Assembly: GCA_002269645.1 (NCBI GenBank)
Contig: NIVC01004333.1
Location: 1 to 50,030 of the forward strand
Length of the DNA: 50,030 nt
Reading direction: 5' to 3'
Source of the DNA: Macrostomum lignano
Taxonomy: Eukaryota
Shown here: positions 21,664-35,449 of the stretch, piece by piece
Numbering within the stretch: position 1 is the stretch's first letter
Layout: every line of letters starts with the position of its first letter
Notes under the pieces: generated by a model
What the model saw: only the letters and a program-made list of their open reading frames with translations
The model's database searches: none
What the model was told of the DNA's origin: nothing
Made by a program: the position numbers and the translations under genes

Positions 21664-24600
21664 ATGAATCTCCGGGTGAGCAGCTGCCGTGAGATTAAAT
21701 TTCAATGTTGAATCCAAATTAAAATCCACAGACTCTCACTCGGGGAATTTCAATGCCGAAATACCATTGAAACCCTCAGACTCTAGCCGACTATGTCCTC
21801 CGCGGTGACTACAACCAGGTCAGGCAGCTGGCAACGCACAACCTGGTAACTAAAGTTGATTCAGATCGTAAGAACATACTAATGCTCGTGGCCGACGCTC
21901 CTGAGACTCCCGTGCAGACTGAAAAGTGCATATTGTACTTATTTGAGCTGGGCGCGAACCCCAATGCGGCTGACGCGAACGGCGACACGGCTGCGCACCT
22001 GGCAGCCCGATGGGACCACCTGCGGCTGCTGACGCTGATGTCGTTCGATGCGAAGTGGGTGCGGAGCGACAACGACACCACTCCGCTGATGGAGGCGGCG
22101 CGGACTGGAAGCTGGAAATGCGCCAAGCACCTGCTGCACCTGCTCAGGCAGATGAGGTTCAATGAGTGCAGTAGGCGCGGAAACTCGAAGAGGTCACGGC
22201 TGCTCGGACTGAAGGATCGCGAGGGTCGGACGGCTTCGGATCTGGCAAGGCTCAGCGGCCACTCAGAGCTGGCCAGCTACATCGAGCGGTGAGTGAGCAG
22301 TTTTGTTTAATTTTAGTCTCAATATTGCCGCATTCGGCTGGGTAAGCCAGAATCAGTCAATAAACTGGTCGATTAGTTAAATCATCACTAAAATTACTTA
22401 TTTTTTTGCGTGATAGGACCAGTGCGGGGTGCGTGAATGCCAGTATATGCTGCTTCGAAGGAAACAGCTTAATAAGCTTCGTGTGAGAAATCTGAAACGC
22501 TATCGCCATGCTAATTGTTGAAAACCACTTGACTTACTTGACTTATCGGAGCAGGGGGCTCCGATTTCACTAACCCCTGGCGACCACGGGCAGCTAGTGC
22601 AGCGGTGTCGCGCAGGGAGTTCCGGTGGTGCCGTTGTCCGCAGCGCGGTCCCCCTCTGGAGAGTCCAGGAGGTGGATGGTCGCTCGCCCGGTAGCCCTTA
22701 GGTAGCAGACGAGCTGGCAGAGATTCTTGGGCCTGAAAACGTCGGAGAGGTCCGGGTTTGGGCCGAAGTAGGTGAGCCTGTCCTGAGTAAAGGCGGGGCA
22801 TTCATAGATGAAGTGCTCCGCATTCTTGACATCGGAGAGGCAGACAGGGCATTCCTCACTGTGGATTTTTCCCTGGAGGTATCGATGCCGGGCAAAACAG
22901 CCATGACCTGAGAGAGCCATGGTCACCGCCCTGATGTCCCTGCGATTGAGTCCAAGCAGGGCCCTGCGCAGGGCAGAGGAAGGTTGAAAACCACTTAGAA
23001 TCTTCATATGCTTGCAGATTGGGTAATGAGTAGTAAATAATTATGATTAATTGTCATAAATTGAAAGGCAAAAAATTACAGTTTGTTTTGTTGTTGCAGG
23101 GAGATGCGACTGTTTGTTATCAAAAGCGGCATGATCTTCGGCCTGACAGACCAGGTGAGCGGCATCTGCAGTGCCGATGCGGCTGCAACTGAGCAGCTGT
23201 GCTCAAATTTCCCGCTCGCCTTTGCAGGAGGAAGCGGATCGACAGGAACTGCAGCGGCTGGCCAAGGCGGACGACTCGGCGGGGCTGCAGAGAGCGGCGA
23301 CCCGCGGCAGTTGCGACCTCCCTGACTTGTCGTGTCAAACCGCGTTGATGCTAGCAGCTCAGAGCAGCGGTGATGGGGCTCTGTTGAAACATTTGATGCA
23401 GCTGGGTGACCCCACCTATGCGGATAGATGGGCTGACAGTTGCCTGCACCATGCAGCCAAGGCTGGCAATTCTGCCGCAGCCTCCGCTCTGCTGGACTCT
23501 GGAGCCTCCGCCAACGCGTTAGATCACTGGGAATCCACGCCCCTCATGGAGGCAGCCACTTCCGCGACCCTCACCACCGCCGCTGCAGTCAGCCAGGTTC
23601 TGCTGGACTCGGGGTCAGATTGGAGACTGAAGAACAAAGATGGCAAGACTGCGCTGGATTTGGCCAGACAGAATGAGAAGACCGAACTGGCTGATCTGCT
23701 GCTTGGGTGAGTTTCCATGAAGAATGGAGAAACTCCGACTTTAAAGTGCATGCATGAGTAGTTTTGATTGAGATGCATTGTGGGTGTTTGCAGTACACTT
23801 TGACTGCCGATTTCATATCTTGCTGATTATTATATAATATGTATAGCGTCCAAAGCACGTTTGCTTTGACAAGTTCAGTTCCTGAATGAACCAGCTGCGG
23901 TTTAAAAAATACTACATGTAGACACGAAGATAAGTTACTACATTTATTTCGTTTATTCCAGGTTCAAGGACTTGATCTTCTTCGAGGAATCTCTGTGAGT
24001 GCATGCATTTTCGCGCAGGGGAAACTAAGGCAGAAATAGCTGGGAGCACAGAAAAATCAGAAAATAGTTCCTTGTTGCTTCAGTTCAAACATCCTTAACA
24101 AACCTAACTCAGCTCACCATTCCGGGAGCGCTGGGACGTCGTTCGATTCATTGGTCGCGGAGGCTTCGGTGAGGTCCATGAAGTCATCACTGACATTGAC
24201 GTCACGTGCGCTGCCAAGACTCTCAGACTGCCTGTGCAGCTCGGTGATGAGCTGCACTCTGTGAGCAAGGAGATCCACAGAGCTATCGAGAGCGAGAGAA
24301 ACCTGTGCCGACTGCGGCATCCCAACATCGTCAGGTTCTTGCACATCGCTCAGCCGGAGCCCGCCACAGTCGTTGTGTTCATGGAGCTGCTGGACGGCCA
24401 AACCTTAGAGAGGTTTATCAACCACAGGCCTCTGAACGAGCTGAAGATTCGAGACTTCAGCAAGCAGGTGAGCATTGTGCATCCTTGATGCTTCTGTTCC
24501 ATGCTCCCATGAATGATGACTGCTCACTGACCGACCGCTCGCAGATCTGCAGCGCCCTGCTCTACATGCACAATAGGAGGCCACCCGTGATCCACAGAGA

Positions 24601-25033
24601 CATAAACTGCAGCAATATCATCATTTGCGCCGACAACATAACCATCAAGCTAATCGACTTTGGTTTGTCAATCAAGCTGGAGCAGTCAGTCAGCCACATC
24701 TCAGCCTCCACTCAGTCACCCAAAGGCACTCTGAACTTCATGGCACCAGAGCTGCTCGGAGCGGGAGAGTCGGACAGCGTGCAGTACAGCAGAGAGTCGG
24801 ACATCTGGGCGTTCGGCTGCTCGGTCTTCCAGATGGCCTCCGGCGCGAGGCCCTTCAGAGGCAACCAAAGCATCTATCAAGTCGCATTGAGAATCGCTAA
24901 CAGCGGTGCCCCTGCCCTTCCAGATGGCCGGTCCGCAGAGCTGAGGGATTTCTACAGCCGCTGCACCGCCAAGGACCGCAGGGACAGAAGCTCAGCACAG
25001 GAGCTGTGGGAACACGAGTTCCTAGCTGAATAA
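21664..25033 (+). CDS. Ankyrin-repeat Ser/Thr protein kinase (MAP3K/STE11-like domain), about 643 aa; join(21664..21675, 21780..22288, 23100..23154, 23228..23706, 23962..23994, 24113..24467, 24545..25033)
   Basis: All six introns are GT-AG with matching phases (0,2,0,2,2,0) and the total is 1932 nt (644 codons). Ankyrin motifs include [32 protein letters not shown] and GKTALDLA. Kinase motifs are [38 protein letters not shown] and DIWAFGC. The 12-nt first exon is tentative. Confidence 0.83.
22531..22982 (-). mobile_element. 5'-truncated non-LTR retrotransposon (R1/LOA-like ORF2 3' end) in intron 2 of the kinase gene
   Basis: [10 protein letters not shown]...CPVC...[15 protein letters not shown] finger, a (TAAGTCAAG)2 tail, and a 14-bp TSD gttgaaaaccactt at 22517-22530 and 22983-22996. 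Confidence 0.9.
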
Positions 25034-26589
25034 TGTCGGACTTGACAAAACGAGCTAAGTACGAGTAACTGACTAAAATGGAAGAGATCAGGTGAGAGCT
25101 CAGTGGTTAGCTCAAATTTGTTTTGTATTTTCAACTTTTTGCTCTTTTAGATTAGCCATCCTTTCACCCGCGCTCTCCCTACTGTGGCCATTGTGCACTC
25201 CTTCCATCCGTCCCACTTCCGTCCCTTTCCATATGTAATACTTCCAGCTCTGTATTAAAAGACAATTTTTTGAGTAGGTACACTCTAGACTTTTAGCCTC
25301 GCCTTGCAGGTTGTACTATTGGAGTTAAAATCGCTTTCTCAAGTTTCTTAAACTCAAAAATTTGAGACCTAAATTCACGCTGCATAAAGTGCATGAATCA
25401 TTAATAACTAAGTTTTTATCAATGCTGTAGAACTCTTGACTCCAGCGTGAGAAATATTGTAAAAATATACAAATTACAAATATAAGCACACTAATTAGAA
25501 AAAAAATATTTAACATCACTTCAATGCGAATTTCTAATAATTCTTTCATCAGAAATAATGGCGTTCTCGAGTTTAATTTTTTTCTAGAACGCGAGATGTG
25601 AAGAATAGAGTAATAATCGGGCAAAACATTGTAGGACAAACGCGATGGTCAGAAGTGCATGCGTTGCAAGTCCAGACAGTTAGACACAACAGCAGCCACC
25701 CGTATGACTGCCAGACTTATGATGTGATACAATAACGACAGTTAGAAAGAAAATGAGATAGAGAAAATTAAAGCTCACAGATGCCCCTATTTGTTTCCAG
25801 TAGCTCATATGAGACTGCAGCCAAGAAGAGCATTCAGCGCGGGCTATTTATGGAAGCTTCTCTTCCATGCTTTATCTACAGCTCATGATGAGACATTCAT
25901 GCTAGGAGCCATTGTTACGCTTCAGCTGAGATCGGCCACTTTGTATTAGATTCAAGCCCAGGCTGCTCAGAAATAGACAGGCTATGAGACTGCACGGAGA
26001 GAAGTTCTTTGAAAAGATTCTGAGCAGCACAAAGGCTGAGCGAACGTCCTCTAATGAGTATAGGCTGCCAAAAAATTAAGCTCTTGGGCACTTTAAGAGA
26101 GTGGAGGCAGAAGCACGGAGACAGAATGAGCTGCTCATAAATTTGCAGAACGAATCGTGGCTTTAGTCGCAGCCTCCGACCGCAGGAATTTCAATTTCAT
26201 TTTAATGCAGTGCTCTGAAGACAACGACTTATGTGCCGCAAATGCAACTCAAAATAGAGAATGACGGCATTGCCCTGCAGTGGAGCCTCTGTGCACTAGA
26301 TATATGCGTCAGCTAAATTTAAACAGACCATAAAATACGGCTGAAATTTTCTCCGCTATACTGGGAGTAGTTATTTAGAGCTCGCCATATAATTATTAAA
26401 ATTAATAAAATAGGAATTTTAAAAGTTTTTTTAGTAGCCAACGTCAAATATTGAGGGCGCACAATTGTGCTTTATGCTTTATGTGCTTTGTGCTTTAAGG
26501 TCAAATAAACTTTTCTGTAGTCTATGGCCGGGCCCAAGTGAAATGGCTCGTAAGTATAAAATAGTATTTCTTTTGCGGCCTAGTTGTTA

Positions 26590-28153
26590 CTGCAAGCTTT
26601 CAGTTTAATCATAGATACGGAAATCAGACTTGCGAGACTGAGAATTTTCTGTCTATCGTCGACACTCGTTGGCATAGATCAAACATCAATTTGATCATTC
26701 TATGTATTCAATGAACATTTTTACTGTCATCGTAAGTTGTTCTTACCTGGCCTGTTTTTTTTAAATGAGTAATTTGGACGAGCTACTCGAAGAGGATGGC
26801 AGTGAGTGGAGTTTTGAAACTGCAAATAACGACATCGACCAGCAAATGACGACATCGACCAGCTAGCTTAAGTACACCGCGTTCAGTACAACAAGATTAG
26901 CGATGAGAAGTGCGGTCCGATTGTCACCGCCTAAGAGCTCGGCGATGTTCCGATGAAAATTTCTCAGTGGCTACTTAGGTGAAAGTCCGTACTGTTTGCT
27001 CGATTTGAAGGCGGTACGAACTCACTGGTCGCAGGAACCGACTAATTGTCGAGAAGGTGCTCGTCTAGTGAAACTTACTGACGCTCATGTGCAGCACCTA
27101 CTGGAATTAATTGAAGAAAACCCTCTGCTAGCTGAAGCTTAAGCTTCGTGAAGCCGATCCGGAGTTTCAAGTATGTGAGTCAACTGTAAGCCGAATGTTG
27201 GACAAGCAGCTCATCACTCTAAAATGCTTTAGCCGAGATGCCGACATTCCAATCGCATAGAATTCTGCAGAGAATCGAATTTTGAGAGTTTGCTCAGAGG
27301 TTGACTGGATTGTCCCCTGAGATTCACTTGATTGTCATCGACGAGACAAGTTTTAACATCTGGACACGTCGGACTCAAGGTCGCAGCCTAGACGCAAAAG
27401 TTCACACGCAACGTGGAGTGCAGATGAACGTTGTGCAAGCAATTGCACCTAATCTCGGCGTGGTACATCATACGATACTCGGAGAGACTATGACGGCAGC
27501 CAGGTTCCAGACGTTCATCAATGATCTGGTGCAAAGCGATCTGGTGATGTACCTGATGGCGAGGAGTTCTGTTTGATTATGGAACCCGTTTTCATCATGG
27601 AGTGACAATATCCCAGATCAATTTCAGCCCGCTTTGCGCCTGGTGACATTGCCTCCATACTTGCCATTCCTCAATCCTGTGGAAAACGCGCACGCTTGCC
27701 TGAAGGCAGCCATCAAACGCCAGATGGCTCAACCACAATTGCAAAAGCTTGACACTCCGCCTGACACTCATTCGCTACGAGAGTGGCAAATCCTTGTCCT
27801 ACAGACTGCAAAATTACTGCAAAATTCGGAGGCTGTACCGGCAGATGCTGAGGGTTTATTCCACCCAGCATCGCCGGACAGCCAGTCCTCTAAACCTTTT
27901 TTGACTCGACGACACCCAGCGCTAAAAGCGTTTATTTGTTTATTGTGTAGTTCTACTTTTAGTTTTTCTCAAGGATAGGTAAACGATTTGTGTTATAGCA
28001 CTGGATATCTAACGTTAAATGATTAGAATAATCAAATTGATGCCCTCAGGCTTAAATTGAACTCCGCTATGTCAACGAGTGACGACCATAGACAAAAACT
28101 TTCTGTCTCTCAAGTCTGATTTCCGTATCTATGATTAAATTGAAAGCTTGCAG
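26590..28153 (+). mobile_element. Decayed Tc1/IS630-like DNA transposon
   Basis: About 90-bp TIRs (ctgcaagctttcagtttaatcatagatacggaaatcagacttg...) at roughly 90% identity, with TA on both sides. Transposase remnants IVIDETSFN and LPPYLPFLNPVEN carry many stops and frameshifts. Confidence 0.9.
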
Positions 28154-29382
28154 TACCATCTAAGCCGCAAAAAGGAATACCCCCCAAAACGAAGTCGGCT
28201 GAGGACTCGTGTCTGGTGTACAGCGTGCGGACATATGTCGCGTGACTGGACATTCCAGTTCCGCTGTGGAGAGACACATCGGTGTATCTGTGTCAATGCA
28301 GAAGAACACGAGTGCAATTGTTGTCGGAGTTTCACCGGCTGGGGAGAAGGCTGTCAATTCGCGCAACGAGCTACCAGAGCAGACGGCGGCGGTTTAAATT
28401 CTGCGAGACCAGAAAGATAGTTTACTCGGCTGTTCAACTGAATCAATTGGCGGGGAAAATAAAACATCTCTAGACACGTCGGAGTTTATTTCTGCTGAGT
28501 TGCTTGACTTCTACGAAGAGAAGCATGAAGAAATCCAACTTTTCAGGATGATCATAAATGAATAAATTGAAGGAGAGTTGTTGGCCTGCGTCAACGATGA
28601 AAAAGGCCGATTGGGCTTTGGAGCGTCTTTACCGCTTAAATCTGTAAATTAGTCATTTTTGGGCACAACAAATGAAACAAAGACTTTTTATCCTGCTGCC
28701 GTATGAGACAGTTCACGGAGGGCGTAACCAATAGAGTGCCATCTTCCCAATGACTGGCAATACTAGCCTGTACAGTGTTTATACGAGCAATGTCGTTCTT
28801 CATAGTATATGATAAATAATTGGTTTTTTGCCCCCCTTCGATGTACATGTACGATGAAACACCCCTTGAACCAGATGAAGGAAGCTCCCTCACCTCGTCA
28901 TTCCCTTCAACCTTCATCCATCTTCCTCTCAACCGGAGACAGGCAGACGTCGCTCGCTATGGCGAAACAATTTTTATGATAAATTATGTAAAAAAATAAA
29001 AAAATAAAAAAATAATAAAATAAATTCAAATCTTCCAATCGAGTTGAGCAACTTATTAGACAGCGATTCAAAACTAGAAAAATGCGCATAGAATATCAGC
29101 CTCTCAATGACGAGTCCTGGCTATGCCCCTGATGAGACGCATCTGACAGGCCTCGTTAGGTTCCAGACATTAAAACCCATACTTATTGACTTAGAGCTCA
29201 ACCTGACGAACGATGTTGATAGGCCTTGAAAGACGTGAAAACGGGTGATAGGCCGTCATCGTCATTGGATGGCGTGTCCATTGGCTGCTAACTAAAAAGC
29301 AGTATGTATTTAACCTCTAGTAAGTCTCAACTTTTCTGCAATCTAGATTAGCAGCCACATTAGACTCTTGCAAAGAATCAAA

Positions 29383-30123
29383 ATGCAACGCACGATTCGC
29401 CTATCGCTTCTGCTCTGCGCCGCCCTGGCCTGCGCCGCTGGCAGGCTGTTGCACTTATCCTATCTGGGCTGCTATGTGGACGTAGAGGGTGCCAGCAGAG
29501 ACATAAACGGGCTGAGTAACTCCAGCCGCATTGGAGAGTTCAGCGTTACTGATCCCATGTGCGTGTGGAATGACAGAGAGATGTCGCCCGAGTTTTGTAG
29601 CGCTATCTGCGCTCTTGGCGGCTTTGCCTACTTCGGGCTGCAGTACAGCAAGCAGTGCTTCTGCGGCAACTCCTACGGATCGTACGGCAAGGCTAACGAG
29701 AGCGACTGTAACATGAAGTGCCCTAGAAACTCAAATAAGATGTGCGGAGGACGTTATCGCAACTCGGTGTTTGCTCTGACTTTTACCGGTATGCACCTCC
29801 TTTCAGCCTAATAGAATTCAGTGACATGCACTGAATTAATGCATAAAAGCTGAGACAAAACAGTTTATTTTTCTTGAAAAGGTCTGGGCAACAACACCTA
29901 CACGGTGGTGCGGCAGTCGAGTACTCCGGTGACTTCCGACTCAACTTCAGCCTGGCCGGCCGCTGCCCAGTCTGACGCTGACTGCCTACTTCAGTGCAGC
30001 GCCAGAGCCGACTGCCAGGCCGCCGTTTTCTCCAAGCGGCTGCTCGCCTGCCACCTCCTGGCGTTCGCCTACCCACCAGCCAGCCTGACCGGACCCGACT
30101 GGACTCTCTACCAGCGTGGCTGA
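29383..30123 (+). CDS. Secreted WSC-PAN/Apple protein, copy 2 (215 aa); join(29383..29788, 29882..30123)
   Basis: Same architecture as copy 1, with a 93-nt intron homologous to the copy 1 intron. Confidence 0.88.
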
Positions 30124-31379
30124 GCGCGCAACTCCGAGAGGCTTAAGGCCATACTATAACTCAAACGTTTTTCTCGGAGTTTTTTATCGATTAACTCAAA
30201 AGCTGGTGGCGATGGTCGTTTAATAAAAAATAAAAAAAATGAAGGTTAACACCAAATTTACTTATACGAGCTGAATTCATCTGCCTGGTTTTCTATTTCC
30301 TGTGAATGTGTTCGTGAAAAACAGAGGCACTGCCAGTGCATTTTGTCTAAAAAAAGTTGAAAATTTTCTTCAGGTAGCCGGGGACTGACTTACTGTGGAG
30401 TAAACGTTGTTAAACTTCAGTAGAAAGCTTTTTTGGATTTATACGTACTATTTGTTGCAATTTAGAGTTTAATGAAGTTCGCGTGTTTGCCGATATCATT
30501 CGTAGGGCGCTTTAGGTCTTACATAGCCCGTACATGTATCTGCATAACAAGGAAAATGAATCATGTGGCATGGATTAGCGAAATGAATGAATTAGAAACC
30601 TGAAAAATGACCGGAAAAAAGTACATAAAAATGAATTTACAACCATGAGATCGCGAGAATAAACGAACAATTTAACCTGAAATTCAGAAAAAGACTTAGA
30701 TAAAACATCATTATAAATTTATTGATGTACAATGCGATTCAGGCAAACGTTATTTTACTAACTGTGGAAAATCAACTATCTGCAATCTGAAGTCAAATAT
30801 ACTTCCGAAATCAAATTAGATTCAAAGACGGGAGATCAATAAAGCGTCTCTTCTTCTTTAAGCGTTGTACTGCCGCGACAGTACGACCTGCCGCAACACA
30901 GGCAAAGCTGTTCGGTCTGTTGAACAAAAGCCTGCAGTGCTACGCCAATGTTGTGTCGCAGCTGTTCCACTTCCTGGATTGCGAGGCTCAAATCATCAAG
31001 CAAACGCGAGGCAGTGAAATCCACAACTCGCTGCGCAGTCTGCTGGCTGCCATGGCAACTGGACCTGGGGCAGCAGTGAGGCTGCAGTTCCCGCAGAAGT
31101 TTCAGCCGAGGTAGCAGCATTGCACGAACGAGCTGCTGGAGTGCATCCTTCCGCATCTCACGCTCAAAGGCAGCTGTCTCACTGAGTTTTCGATTCTTCG
31201 CCCGTGCAGTGGCTGCCACAGTAATGGATTCCATTACAGAAGCCACAGACAGCCGTGTGCTCACCATCCTGCTGCACCAGTTCACCAGCCAGCCCGCTCA
31301 GTCTCGATGGCCTGTACACAGTGGCCACAGCACCACAGCGAGTACCGTGTAGCACTGCGAGCTGTGCAGAACAATGCGT

Positions 31380-31720
31380 GGAGGAGGTGCGGGTGTCCAC
31401 TGGTCGAGTGACGTTGCTTCACTTCGACTGAACAGGACAGCGTGGCCAGAAGCTTTACAGTAGCATCAACTGGTGCAGTTGTGCTGGCAGCGTGTCCAGC
31501 CTCGAATACCCCATTTCCACACTGTCGCATCACGGAAGCTCTCTCGCGCACGGCTACTACACCTGCTGCGTGCTGCAGGGAGGAGACTGGCTGAAATGTG
31601 ACGACGTACAAGTCACAACTAATGCCAACCCGTTTTTGTGCACCAAGCAGATTCGATCGTGGTTGCATTGCATCAGGTGTAGCACAGCTCTGCGCACAGA
31701 AGTCCGTTCCCACGGATGAG
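31380..31720 (+). pseudogene. Degenerate ubiquitin-specific protease (peptidase C19) His-box fragment
   Basis: LSHHGSSLAHGYYTCCVLQGGDWLKCDDVQV resembles the H-x-G...GHY...W-x2-(F/C)DD-x2-V box, with the catalytic His read as Tyr. A broken CELC and a TLLHF stretch lie upstream. No Cys box was seen. Confidence 0.45.
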
Positions 31721-31963
31721 GTTAAATCGGACTTTTAACCTCCAACGGAGTAGTCCTGGGTCAAATTTGAAGTGGCTGGCACTGAAAACTTGTCACTAGT
31801 TGAGTGTTTCATTCATTTGTTGCTTAAGTTGATAGGCCCTTCACCTGCCTGTGTACATAAAGCTACTTTTCACTCCCGGACCATAGATGGTCCTCATTTA
31901 GCAACACTTAGCATGCATACTTTAAGTTAGGATGATATTGGTTTTGTCAGCCTAACTGAGAAT

Positions 31964-32165
31964 AAAGCCATCCAAAGTGAGAATCCTGCCTACGCTGACT
32001 GCGAAGGGTCTGGCTGCGTGCAGCCTTAGTCTATGGGCCATAGACTATAAAGGATAAGCAAAGTGATAAAAAGCCATCCAATGTTAGAATCCTGCCTACG
32101 CTGAATACAAAGGGCCTAGCTGCGTCCAGCCTAGTCTATGAGCCATAGACTATAAAGGATAAGCT
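31964..32165. repeat. About 105-bp tandem duplication, each unit with a 21-bp palindrome
   Basis: tagtctatgggccatagacta (32027-32047) and tagtctatgagccatagacta (32132-32152). Confidence 0.85.
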
Positions 32166-32251
32166 AGGATTGGCTAGTCATATGGCTCAGAAGCTCAGAA
32201 GGTATAAAAATAAAAGAACACGACGCATAGACCAATCGATTCTCACATTGG

Positions 32252-32920
32252 ATGGCTCGCCCCACCTACCTGGGTTGCTACAACGACGACGATGACGATG
32301 ACGATATTGATTTGGATGGGCTGAGCGGCTTCAGCCAGATCGGGCCCTACAGCGTCTCCAACACGCGCGTAACTGATGGCACAGCGATGACGCCAGAGCT
32401 ATGCGGCGCCATCTGCGCTCTGGTCAATTTTGGGTACTCGGGAGTGCAGAACAATTTCGACTGCTACTGCGGCAACTCGTACGGATCGCTGGATAGGGAC
32501 CTTGAGAGCAACTGCAACAAGCCATGCGCAGGTGACGCTACGAAGATTTGCGGAGGCAGCAACAGAAACTCGGTTTATGCTCTGACCTACCTCGGTATGT
32601 GCTTAATCTACTATATGCTCAATTAAGGTATTGACTTATGTACTTTCATGTAACAATAAAAAACGAAATACTCTTCACCAAAAAGCTTCGAAGAACACCT
32701 ATATGATGATTGACCAGTCCAATCAACCGGTGAAGTGCGATCTGACTGTGCATTGGCTCGGCTTGACTCGGCTCTTCGTTGCGCGGCCAAGTGCAGCACC
32801 AGAGACGACTGCCAAGCCGCTGTCTTCTCAAAGCGACTGGTCAACTGCCACCTGCTGGCGTTCGCCTACCCGCCAACCAGCCTGACCAGACCCGACTGGA
32901 CTCTCTACGTGCGTGGCTGA
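32252..32920 (+). pseudogene. WSC-PAN copy 3, probable pseudogene; exons 32252..32594 and 32686..32920
   Basis: The WSC exon is intact but has no signal peptide (in-frame TAG at 32228). It contains an Asp run (DDDDDDD). Exon 2 is frameshifted near 32760, before the PAN cysteines. Confidence 0.75.
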
Positions 32921-33459
32921 GCGCGGAAACCTGTTGAAACAAAACTGGAAACTTAAAATCGATAACTTTTGCAACGAGTTGTAACGAGTGTGAACATTAA
33001 TTAAGTGGGGTCCATTCTTCTATCATCGGCAGAGCTACCTAAAACACTGAAAGAATAAAAACTACATGACTTAAAACAAAACGAAGTCGTCAGAGACCCA
33101 AGAAAAAATACTATAGCTAACATTTCAATGATGCAGTTTAATGATTTGGAAATTTCGATTTCGATAAACTTTTTTCATCCGGGATTGGAATCATCAATTC
33201 AGCAAGTTTCCCAAAACAGCGGAAGACAATTCCCATTGGATTGGTTTAATTGTGTAGAAAATTTTAACAGAACTGCATGTTGAAGCATTTTTTCTGCTTT
33301 TGGGGATTGTGATAAAAAACGGAGAAAAACAAGGAATGTTGCCGTGGTTTCCAAAAAGTGAAAAACAAATTGTTGGCAATGAAAAAATAACTATGGAAAG
33401 TCAGAGATCGGAAATATCGAGCTCCAAACGAGCTCTCGCAGAGTTCAACTCAGCAGGGA

Positions 33460-33788
<329 letters not shown>

Positions 33789-34125
33789 TCGCTTCGCTCG
33801 CTCTTTCTCGCTATCTACTATCTATAGCCAGGACCTGCACCGGAGCGGTTACGAAAATTAGATTTCTCGGTAGTTGCACGTACTCTTTTGCACTACTTGA
33901 GTAGTCTGATTTTCGTTCGGCATGGCTGGTTCCAGCAGGTAGTTCCTCTGGATAAAAGCGCTTACCGCGCCCATTGGCTTTCCAGCTGCCTTAATCGTTT
34001 CCGGTGATCTTGTGTGCGTGCTTTCAGCTTGATTGGCTGCGGCCAATCTGCCGCAAGCTCGCTTCGCCGCTTTGCCGCAAGCTCTGCCGATTGGCTCGCT
34101 TCGCTCGCTCTTTCTCGCTATCTAC

Positions 34126-34680
<555 letters not shown>

Positions 34681-35330
34681 ACTATGCTACATTATATTAT
34701 ACTATGCTATATTGTGTCTTCTTATCTGCTCTCTTTCGACACGCTTCACTAGCAGATTTTTTATCTGCACTGTTACATTCGCGCATCCTTTGTAAACAGA
34801 GACTAGAATTAGCTAAGCAAAATCATGGTTTGATGAAATTTGTATTGGATTTAAATGCTTTTACGCATGTTGAAACATGTTACGCATATTTCCTAAGCGT
34901 CGCTAAAATAATACACACCATCCAGATACAAGTTTCACTTTACTGAAATGTAGAATTCTTCTAGGTTATTAGAATATCATAATTAGCAGAGTTTCAAAAT
35001 ATTTCTGCGTTTCCCCATGCAGTACTTAAGTAGGATTATGCTAAATTTCCAAATCATGATGGCTTTATTGCATTGGAAGCAAGTTTTACCGGAAAAACTG
35101 CGATTGCTAGACCTGGAACCAGTGATCGATTTTAGTTGGTTTGATCTAATATTTTGCTTTTGTTGTATATGGGCGTATATAGTAGGTTGAAATCCCACTT
35201 GCACGGCGCACATTCGCTGCGTCTTTACACAAGTTTGGCTAAGAACATCTAGACAGGTGGTAAAAAAAGTCTTTTGTCTTCCAGGTGCGTGAGTCGTCGA
35301 CTTCTGAATTCACGTTCCAGTCGGCGGAAA

Positions 35331-35449
35331 AGTACAGCGCCAGAGCCGACTGCCAGGCCACCGTTTTCTCCAAGCGGCTGCTCACCTGCCACCTGCTGGC
35401 GTTCGCCTACCCGACCAGACCGATAACACTCTGTTTGTGCGTGGCTTAG
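35331..35449 (+). pseudogene. Orphan, internally deleted PAN exon of the WSC-PAN family
   Basis: cagcgccagagccgactgccaggccaccgttttctccaagcggctgctcacctgccacctgctggcgttcgcctaccc is near-identical to exon 2 of copies 1, 2 and 4. The 3' flank resembles that of copy 2. There is no WSC exon upstream. Confidence 0.85.

Noticed and set aside
25640-26330. Moderately GC-rich stretch suggestive of a decayed coding sequence
   Set aside because: No ORF or motif could be recognised.
28495-28640. SAM-domain-like peptide (IQLFRMIINE*IEGELLACVNDE)
   Set aside because: Too short, contains a stop, and the resemblance could be chance.
29125-29260. Hammerhead-ribozyme-like cores (ctgatgag; ctgacga...gaaa)
   Set aside because: Stem I does not pair, stem II is only 3 bp, and there is an extra A in the GAAA junction. 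An Infernal search would settle it.
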